52,279 nt of DNA from Actinomycetota bacterium (GTDB lineage: Bacteria; Actinomycetota; Acidimicrobiia; Acidimicrobiales; WLNW01), in the NCBI GenBank assembly GCA_009699605.1, contig WLNW01000002.1:1-52279 (forward strand). The letters run 5' to 3'. The notes beneath the pieces were generated by a model, which was not told where the DNA came from, ran no database searches, and saw only the letters and a program-made list of their open reading frames with translations. This document shows positions 1 to 7,700 of this stretch, piece by piece. Position 1 is the stretch's first letter. The number at the start of each line of letters is the position of its first letter. The translations under genes were made by a program, and so were the position numbers.

Positions 1-146
1 ACCGGCCAAGGCTGCACCGGCCAAGGCTGCACCGGCCAAGGCTGCACCGGCCAAGGCTGCACCGGCCAAGGCTGCACCGGCCAAGGCTGCACCGGCCAAG
101 GCTGCACCGGCCAAGGCTGCACCGGCCAAGACTGCACCGGCCAAAC
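1..146 (+). repeat. Perfect 15-bp tandem repeat (accggccaaggctgc). There are 8 identical copies, 1 copy with a single substitution, and a partial copy. It runs off the 5' window edge.
   Basis: Read directly: 1-120 is 8 identical 15-mers, 121-135 has one g-to-a change, and 136-146 is partial. It is in frame with the downstream ORF and encodes (PAKAA)n. Confidence 0.95.
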
Positions 147-718
147 CCAAGAAGAAGCCCGCTGCGACAGTGGCGGCACCATCGAACGCGCGTCGTCCGG
201 CGACGACCACTCCCCAAACTCCGGCGCCGACATCGTCTGCAACGGCGGCCCGCGCCGTCTCAAAGGATCAATCTGTGACGAAACCCGCTCCCGCGAAGGC
301 TTCTGCCGCCAAGGCTGAGCCAAAACCCGAGCCGTCCAAGCCTGCGTTCGACAAGAAGTTCCTCGATGAGCAACGCATCATGCTCAACGTGGAACGGGCG
401 AAGTACCTGCACTCGGCCCAGATGCTCAAGGCCGAAGCTGACGCGTTGGTGTTCGAACGCGAGCCGGGTGACGTGCAGTTCGACGAGGAATCCGGCGAGG
501 GTGACACACTCGCTGTCGAGCGAGATTTCGATCTGGCGCGGTCTGCTCAGGCCAACCAGCAGGTCGACGAGATCGACGCGGCGCTCGCCCGGATCGGCGC
601 CGGAACTTATGGCATCTGCCGCGTCTCGGCCCAGCCCATTCCGAAGGAGCGCCTTCGGGCCATCCCGTGGGCCACGGAGCGGGTCGAGTACAAGGTGGGC
701 GGCCTCGGCCGTCGCTGA
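2..718 (+). CDS. DksA/TraR-family protein (5' partial) with a Lys/Ala/Pro-rich repetitive N-terminal region
   Basis: The C-terminus EIDAALARIGAGTYGICRVSAQPIPKERLRAIPWATERVEYK matches the DksA/TraR C4 zinc-finger region, but only one Cys is retained. The frame is open from the window start through the PAKAA repeats. The position upstream of lspA-rluD-dnaE is the usual actinobacterial synteny. The true start may lie upstream of the window or at GTG 170. Confidence 0.7.
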   Translation, partial: PAKAAPAKAAPAKAAPAKAAPAKAAPAKAAPAKAAPAKAAPAKTAPAKPKKKPAATVAAPSNARRPATTTPQTPAPTSSATAARAVSKDQSVTKPAPAKASAAKAEPKPEPSKPAFDKKFLDEQRIMLNVERAKYLHSAQMLKAEADALVFEREPGDVQFDEESGEGDTLAVERDFDLARSAQANQQVDEIDAALARIGAGTYGICRVSAQPIPKERLRAIPWATERVEYKVGGLGRR

Positions 719-719
719 G

Positions 720-1289
720 GTGGTGGCCCTCGCGGTTCGCCGTGCGCCCCGCGCGCTGACCCCGTTGGTCGTCGGCGGGGTGGTCCTGGCCGACCAGCTG
801 ACCAAACGTTGGGCCGCGGCCGATCTTTCGGACGGCCGGGTCATCGACATCGTGTGGACGTTGCGCCTCAACCTGGTGCTCAACTCCGGGTCGGCGTTCA
901 GCGTCGGGCGCGGTCTCGGTCCAGTACTCGGTGTGCTCGCCGTCGTCGTCGTGATCGTGCTCATCCGCATTGGCCGGGTCTTCAACTCGCCTGCCACTGC
1001 CTTCGGCCTCGGCGCGGTGCTCGGTGGCGCGATCGGCAACCTGACCGACCGAGTGTTCCGCCACGGCAGCGGCGGCTTCCTCGGCGGCTACGTCGTCGAC
1101 TTCATCGATTTCCAGTGGTGGCCGGTCTTCAACGTGGCCGATATGGCCATCGTGTGCGGAGCGCTCGGCCTGGCTTGGTTCTCTACCCGTAGCGATCTCG
1201 GCGATTCAACCGACGATGCCGCTCCCTCTGATCCCACCTCGGCGGTCGACCGCCCTCCAACGCCTGAACCGAGCAACCTCGACGCATGA
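720..1289 (+). CDS. lspA: Lipoprotein signal peptidase (signal peptidase II)
   Basis: Motifs LNSGSAFS, GGAIGNLTDR and VVDFIDF..WPVFNVADMAI, with multiple TM segments. GTG start at 720, directly after the upstream stop. Confidence 0.9.
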   Translation: MVALAVRRAPRALTPLVVGGVVLADQLTKRWAAADLSDGRVIDIVWTLRLNLVLNSGSAFSVGRGLGPVLGVLAVVVVIVLIRIGRVFNSPATAFGLGAVLGGAIGNLTDRVFRHGSGGFLGGYVVDFIDFQWWPVFNVADMAIVCGALGLAWFSTRSDLGDSTDDAAPSDPTSAVDRPPTPEPSNLDA

Positions 1290-2194
1290 TTGAAACCATT
1301 CCTTCGGCCCTCGACGGCGAGCGCGTCGACCGGGTCATCGCCTTGATGCTCGGCTGCAGCAGGGTTCAAGCCGTGGCACTCCTCGACAGCGGCGCGGTGC
1401 GCATCGATGGCGAGGTCGTGCAGCAGCGCTCGCGGCGCATGCGCCTTGGTGAGCAGATCGAGACGCCCGAAGTCGACCTTTCGCCCCCCATCCCGGTGGC
1501 CGACCCCTCGGTGGAGTTCACCGTCGTCCACGCCGACGAGCACGTCATCGTCATCGACAAGCCGGCCGGGCTGGTCGTGCACCCCGGGGCCGGCAATCCC
1601 GACGCAACGCTCGTCAATGGTCTGTTGGCGCGCTTCCCGGAGATCTCGTCGGTCGGCGAACCCCAGCGGCCCGGCATCGTGCATCGCCTCGACAAGGGCA
1701 CCTCTGGGCTGTTGGTGATCGCTCGCACGCCGCTCGCCTACGATGACCTCGTTGGGCAACTGGCGGCCCACGAAGCGCACCGGGGCTACCGTGCTCTGGC
1801 CTGGGGTGAGTTCGAGACGCCGAACGGTGTCGTCGATGCGCCGATCGGCCGTAGCGATCGCGACCCGACCAAGATGGCGGTCAGCCAGAACGGGCGTGAG
1901 GCCCGCACCCGCTACCGCGTCGATCGCACCTTCACCGACCCGGTGGTCGTGTCGCTGCTGACCTGCGAGCTCGAGACCGGGCGCACGCACCAGATCCGCG
2001 TGCACCTGGCGGCGATCGGCCATCCCATCGTGGGCGACAACCGGTACCGCGGCACGCGGCCCGGGTTGCACGTCGATCGGCCTTGGTTGCATGCGGCCAC
2101 GTTGCGATTCGAGCATCCCGAGACGGGTGACGAGATGTCGTTCGAGTTGCCGTTGCCGGCCGACTTGGTCGCGGTGCTCGACACCCTCGCGTGA
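1286..2194 (+). CDS. rluD: RluA-family 23S rRNA pseudouridine synthase (RluD-like) with an S4 domain
   Basis: Motifs [12 protein letters not shown] and [15 protein letters not shown] overlap with the lspA stop. Confidence 0.9.
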   Translation: MIETIPSALDGERVDRVIALMLGCSRVQAVALLDSGAVRIDGEVVQQRSRRMRLGEQIETPEVDLSPPIPVADPSVEFTVVHADEHVIVIDKPAGLVVHPGAGNPDATLVNGLLARFPEISSVGEPQRPGIVHRLDKGTSGLLVIARTPLAYDDLVGQLAAHEAHRGYRALAWGEFETPNGVVDAPIGRSDRDPTKMAVSQNGREARTRYRVDRTFTDPVVVSLLTCELETGRTHQIRVHLAAIGHPIVGDNRYRGTRPGLHVDRPWLHAATLRFEHPETGDEMSFELPLPADLVAVLDTLA

Positions 2195-2223
2195 GGTGAA
2201 CGATCGCGGCGCAAGACCGTGGT

Positions 2224-2670
2224 TCAGTCGCCGGCCTCGGGCCAGTCGCGGTCACCGTGGGCCATGCCTGCGATATCGGCCAGCGTGAACGAGTCGAGGT
2301 AGCGGCGCATGTGCGACCCGGCACTGCCCCAGATCGCGAGGAGCACGCACTGGCCCTCGTGATCGCAGCTGCCGTTGGTGTGCGGCTGGCCGAAGTCGCC
2401 GGCCACGATGGGGCCGTCGACGGCGCTGATGATCTGGCTGAGCAGGATCTGTGCCGGCTCGCGGGCGAGGACGTATCCGCCGCCGACCCCGCGTTTCGAG
2501 CGCACGATGCCTGCGCCCTTGAGCGCGAGCAAGATCTGCTCGAGGTAGGGCTGGGGGAGCCCGGTGCGATCAGCGATCTCGCGCACCGACGTCGGCGTGC
2601 CACCGTCGCCGTGCAATGCAAGCGACAGCAACGCCCGGCTTGCGTAGTCGCCGCGTGTCGAAACCTTCAC
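2224..2670 (-). CDS. Rrf2-family transcriptional regulator
   Basis: N-terminus MKVSTRGDYASRALLSLAL...VREIADRTGLPQPYLEQILLALKGAGIVRSKRGVGGGYVLAR is the canonical Rrf2 winged HTH. GTG start. Confidence 0.9.
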   Translation of the reverse strand: MKVSTRGDYASRALLSLALHGDGGTPTSVREIADRTGLPQPYLEQILLALKGAGIVRSKRGVGGGYVLAREPAQILLSQIISAVDGPIVAGDFGQPHTNGSCDHEGQCVLLAIWGSAGSHMRRYLDSFTLADIAGMAHGDRDWPEAGD

Positions 2671-2833
2671 AGGGGAGCATCCTAGAGGTGACGCACGGGC
2701 CCGCGAGGCTTGGTGGTCGCCCGAGAAACGTGGTCAACTTTGTGTTGCGCGCGGAAGCGGTGAGGCACCGACAGCCGGAGCCCAACGGGTTCTCCCGTCC
2801 GCTGCGTCAGGACCCCCTCCTGGAGGACAAAGC

Positions 2834-3937
2834 ATGAGCGAAGAGCCGGTCTTACCGGATTACGCCGGGGCGTGTGTCTGCAACGTCGTTCCCGCCTTGC
2901 TCGAAGCGTCGTCGGACCCGGTCGAGTGGTTGCCCGATTTTGTTCACGAGGCGAACCAGGTGGTGCTGTTGGTGATCGACGGCATGGGGTGGGAGCAGCT
3001 CCAGGCCCGACGCTCGTTCGCTCCGGTCATGACCGCGATGCACGGGCGGGCGATCACCACCGTGGCGCCGTCCACCACCGCCACGGCGCTTACGTCCATC
3101 GCCACCGGCCTCACGCCGGGCGAGCACGGCGTGGTGGGCTACCGCATCAACGTCGGCGGGGAGATCCTGAACGTGTTGCGCTGGAACACGCCCAACGGCG
3201 ACGCCCGCCTCACGATCCCGCCCGGCAGCTTTCAGAAGGCCGCGTCGTTCGCGTCGCAGCATCCACCCATCGTCACCCGCGCCGAGTTCCATCACGGTGG
3301 GTTCAGCGGCGCACACCTCGAAGGCACGCGCTTTCACGGCTACCGGTGCATGTCCACGTTCCTCGTCGAGATGCGCCGGCTGCTGCGCGCGAACGAGCCG
3401 TTCATCTACGCGTATTACGACGGCCCCGACAAGGTCTCGCACGAGTATGGCCTCGGCGAGCACTACGACGCCGAGGTGGCGGCCGTCGACCGTCTGGTGG
3501 CCGACATCATGGACGAGCTGCCCCCGGGAGCGGTGCTCGTGATCACCTCCGACCACGGCCAGGTCCACACCGGTGATGCCGTCCACGAATTGCCCACCGA
3601 CGTGCTTGAGCACGTGGCGATCCAATCCGGCGAGGCGCGTCTGCGCTGGCTTCACGCTCGCGGCGGTCGGGCGAACGCGCTGCTCGAGGCGGTGGACCAT
3701 CATCTCGGCGACCTCGCCTGGGTTCGCACGCGGGCGCAGGTCATTGGTGAGCAGTGGTTTGGTCCGCACATCACACTCGAAGGGGCGAACCGCCTCGGTG
3801 ACGTGGCGCTCGCGGCGAAAGGTGTCCACGCCTTCCTCGACCCAGCCGATTCCGGCCCGTACAAGCTCATCGGCCGCCACGGTTCGCTCACCAGCGCCGA
3901 GATGCTCGTGCCGCTGCTCTCGCACGGCCGTTTCTGA
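2834..3937 (+). CDS. Alkaline phosphatase superfamily protein (nucleotide pyrophosphatase/phosphodiesterase-like)
   Basis: Metal/nucleophile motifs VIDGMGWEQL, PSTTATALTSIATG and ITSDHGQ. GGAGGA Shine-Dalgarno sequence upstream of the ATG. Confidence 0.75.
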   Translation: MSEEPVLPDYAGACVCNVVPALLEASSDPVEWLPDFVHEANQVVLLVIDGMGWEQLQARRSFAPVMTAMHGRAITTVAPSTTATALTSIATGLTPGEHGVVGYRINVGGEILNVLRWNTPNGDARLTIPPGSFQKAASFASQHPPIVTRAEFHHGGFSGAHLEGTRFHGYRCMSTFLVEMRRLLRANEPFIYAYYDGPDKVSHEYGLGEHYDAEVAAVDRLVADIMDELPPGAVLVITSDHGQVHTGDAVHELPTDVLEHVAIQSGEARLRWLHARGGRANALLEAVDHHLGDLAWVRTRAQVIGEQWFGPHITLEGANRLGDVALAAKGVHAFLDPADSGPYKLIGRHGSLTSAEMLVPLLSHGRF

Positions 3938-3966
3938 CCGCGTCCACTCATCGCCAGGGGAGATCC

Positions 3967-4503
3967 ATGTCTGACACCAATCCTTCACCGATCGAACGCG
4001 CCGAGATCGTCGATCCGCCCGCCGCTCCGGAGGAGGAAACGGCGGTTCGCCGTGACGAGTACATCGAACAGCCAGCCAAGGTCATGCGGGTCGGCACGAT
4101 GTTGAAGTCACTGCTCGAGGAGGTGCGCAACACCACGCTCGACGAAGCAAGCCGAGACCGGTTGCGCGACATTTACGAGACTTCCGTGGCCGAGCTCGGA
4201 TCTGCGTTGTCGCCCGATCTGCGTTCGGAGCTCGGTCGGTTGGCGTTGCCCTTCGCCGACGAGCCGTCCGAGCCGCCGTCGGCGGCCGAGATCCGCATCG
4301 CGCAGGCCCAGCTCGTCGGCTGGCTCGAGGGTCTGATCCAAGGCATCCAGGCCACCTTGTTCGCCCAGCAAATGGCCGCGCAGCAGCAGTTGGCGAACAT
4401 GCGCGGGGAGATCGGCCCTGGTTCTGGGGGCCCGGGCGGACCCGGCCCGCGCTCCGGCCAGATCATCGACAGCGCCGAAGGGCGGCCGGGCACGTACCTC
4501 TGA
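3967..4503 (+). CDS. bpa: Bacterial proteasome activator Bpa/PafE family protein
   Basis: EQPAKVMRVGTMLKSLLEEVR...DEASRDRLRDIY...IRIAQAQLVGWLEGLIQGIQATLFAQQMAA closely follows my recollection of M. tuberculosis Rv3780. It has a Gly/Pro-rich tail and the C-terminal residues G-T-Y-L (GQYL in Mtb). Confidence 0.85.
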   Translation: MSDTNPSPIERAEIVDPPAAPEEETAVRRDEYIEQPAKVMRVGTMLKSLLEEVRNTTLDEASRDRLRDIYETSVAELGSALSPDLRSELGRLALPFADEPSEPPSAAEIRIAQAQLVGWLEGLIQGIQATLFAQQMAAQQQLANMRGEIGPGSGGPGGPGPRSGQIIDSAEGRPGTYL

Positions 4504-4504
4504 A

Positions 4505-4675
4505 GCACGCGTCGTCGCCGACGCCGTGCGCGATGCCGCCGGCTTTCCGATCGGTGGCGTCCCACCGGTGGGTCATGCCACGCCGCTACGGATCTTCATC
4601 GACAATGACCTGCTCGGTTACGACGTCGTGTGGGCCGACGAGGCTCGTCTCGGCGCAACCAGGTGGCATCCGTGA
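4505..4675 (+). pseudogene. Remnant of a YbaK/ProX-like aminoacyl-tRNA deacylase (C-terminal fragment only)
   Basis: A frame absent from the ORF track translates to ARVVADAVRDAAGFPIGGVPPVGHATPLRIFIDNDLLGYDVVWADEARLGATRWHP*. The tGf.iGGv.P.G....i.iD..L......vw pattern is typical of the last third of YbaK-domain proteins. There is no room upstream for the rest of the domain because bpa ends at 4503. Confidence 0.5.
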
Positions 4676-4769
4676 CGCGCCGGTGCGCCCGAGCGGTCGC
4701 CCGGCTAGCGTCGGAATGACACCCTTGTGATTCCGGCGGCCTGCGAAACGGCCCCCGACGGAGCGTCGC

Positions 4770-7700
4770 GTGCCCGACTCGTTCACCCATCTGCATGTCC
4801 ACACCGAGTTCTCGATGCTCGATGGCGCGGCGCGCGTAGGCGAGCTGGTCGCGGCTGCTGCGTCTGACGGGCAGCCGGCCCTCGGCATCACCGATCACGG
4901 CAACATGTATGGCATCCTCGACTTCTACAAGGAGTGCCGCAAGCAGGGCGTTACGCCCATCCTCGGCACCGAGGCGTACATGGCGCACGAGAGCCGCCAC
5001 GAGCGTCCGGCTCGTCGCGGCCGGGTCGACGACTCGGGCGGCGACACCGACGGCGGGGCCAAGCTCTACTACCACCTCACGCTCCTGGCCGAGAACAACG
5101 TCGGCTACAAGAACCTCATCCAGCTGTCGTCGCGCGCCTACATGGAGGGCTACTACTACAAGCCCCGCGTCGACTGGGAGACGCTGGCCGACCACAGCAA
5201 GGGGCTCATCGCCACCACAGGGTGCCTCGGCGGACACGTGCTTCAGTCGCTCATGCGGGGCGACATGGAAGCTGCGGTCACCAAGGCAGCCCGGCTCCAA
5301 GACATCTTTGGTCGCGACAACCTCTTCGTCGAGATCCAGGACCAAGGCATCCCCGAACAGCACCGCACCAATCCCATGCTGTTCGACCTCGCGCGCCGCA
5401 TCAAAGCGCCGTTGCTCGCCACCAACGACAGCCATTACGTGCATCGTCACGACGCGATCGCCCACGACGCGCTGCTGTGCGTGCAGACGGGTTCGCTCAT
5501 GAGCGACCCCGATCGCTTCAAGTTCTCCGGCGACGAGCACTACCTCAAGACCGCCGCGGAGATGCGCCACGTGTTCTCCGAGGTTCCCGAGTCGTGCGAC
5601 AACACCCTGTGGATCGCCGAGCGGTGCAACGTCGAGATCGAGTTCGGCAAGCCACAGCTGCCCGAGTTCCCGCTGCCCGCTGAGTTCGCGCCGCAAGAGG
5701 GCGAGGCCTACGACGTCAAGTGCCGGCAGTACCTCGAGCACCTCACCTTCGAAGGCGCTCGCGCCCGGTGGGGCGCCGCGCTGCCCGACGCCGTAGTCGA
5801 GCGCCTCGCGTACGAGCTCCAGGTCATCGGCGACATGGGCTTCAGCTCGTACTTTCTCATCGTCGGCGATCTCATCGCGTACGCGCGTGGTCGCGACATC
5901 CGAGTCGGACCGGGGCGTGGCTCGGCCGCGGGCTGTGCGGTGGCCTACTGCCTGCGCATCACCGACCTGGATCCGATCAAGTACGACTTGTTGTTCGAGC
6001 GGTTCCTCAACCCGAGTCGCGTGTCGATGCCGGATATCGACATGGACTTCGACTCTCGTTATCGCGACGAGATGATCCGTTACGCCGCCGAGCGCTACGG
6101 CCGCGACCACGTCGCCCAGATCGTGACCTTCAGCCAGATCAAAGCGCGGGCCGCGGTGCGCGACGCGGCGCGCGTGCTCGGCTATCCGTACATCGTCGGC
6201 GACAAGATCGCGAAGGCCATGCCGCCGCTGATCATGGGTCGAGACACACCACTCGCGGCATGTCTCGAGCTCAATCCGAAGTTCGAGGACGGCTTCAAGA
6301 TGGCCTCGGAGATTCGCGACATGTACGCGAACGACGCCGATGCCCACAAGGTCATCGACGTCGCGCGCGGTCTCGAAGGATTGCGCCGCCAGGACGGCAT
6401 ACACGCTGCCGCGGTGGTGATCACCAAGGATCCGCTCACCGAGTACCTGCCGATCCAGCGCAAACCCGAGGCCGGCGGCAACATCGAGAACGCACCCGTC
6501 GTCACGCAGTACGAGATGCACGGTGTCGAAGAGCTCGGTCTGCTCAAGATGGACTTCCTCGGGCTGCGCAACCTCGATGTCATCTCCGACGCGCTCGTGC
6601 TCATCAAGGCCACCTGCGGCATCGATGTCGACATCGACAACGTGGCGCTCGACGATGCCAAGACCTACGAGTTGTTGTGTCGTGGCGACACCATCGGCGT
6701 GTTCCAACTCGAGTCGCCACCGATGCGCGCGCTCATCCGTTCGATGGGGCCCGATTGCTTCGAGGACGTGGCCGCGCTCGTCGCCCTGTATCGCCCGGGT
6801 CCCATGGCCGCGAACATGCACAACGACTACGCCGACCGCAAGAACGGTCGCAAGGAGATCGCCTACCTGCACCCCGACGCCGAGGAGATTCTCGGCGGCA
6901 CCTACGGCTTGTCGATCTACCAAGAACAGGTCATGCGCATCGCCCAGCGCTTCGCCGGATACTCGCTCGCCGAAGCCGACAACCTCCGCAAGGCGTGCCT
7001 TCCTGCCGGCACCAAGATCCTCACCAAGGAGCACGGCTACGTTCCCATCGAGCAGGTGATGCGCCTGCGGTGCCGCGACGTGCAGACCATCGATCCGCAA
7101 ACCGGCAGCAGCCGCTACGAGCCGGTGAACGACGTCTGGTCCGTCGGGGTCAAGCCCGTATACCGGCTCACCACCTCCACGGGCTACACGGTCGAGGCGA
7201 CGGGCAACCATCCTTTCCTCATCGAGGACACGTGGTGTCGACTCGACACGATCGAGCTCGGCGACCTGGTCGGCGTGGCCTCCAGAACGCGCACGGAAGG
7301 TGGGAGCAAGGCGACAACGGCCGAGACCGAGCTCGCGGCGCTGCTCATCTCCGAGGGGTACACCCCGAATCACGCGGCCGGCGTGCATGCGAACGCCCAC
7401 TTCTCGAACACCGACCCGGAACTACTCGATGCGTTCCGCCGTGCGTTCGAGGCGCACTTCGGCTACCCACACGCGCGCAGCTGGACGGATGGGCGCATCA
7501 TCCAACTTTGGCTCACTCGAGCGGAGCTCGCAGCGCTGCTGCCTGCGCTCGGCACGGTCGGGCTTGCCGCCGACAAGTCGATTCCCGACCGAATTATCAA
7601 CGCGTCCGCTCATAAGGTTGAGCGCTTCCTCGGGCTGTACTTCTGTGCGGATGGGTGGGCCGATCGAAGCGGTGCGCACTATGGGTCCAAGAGCCGTGCT

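Noticed and set aside
1-146. Possible CRISPR array at the window start
   Set aside because: The repeats are directly adjacent 15-mers with no spacers, and they are in frame with a coding sequence. This is a coding minisatellite, not a CRISPR array.
4533-4730. 65-aa ORF from the track in the bpa-dnaE spacer
   Set aside because: The translation is not protein-like. A different frame carries the YbaK-like similarity reported as a pseudogene.
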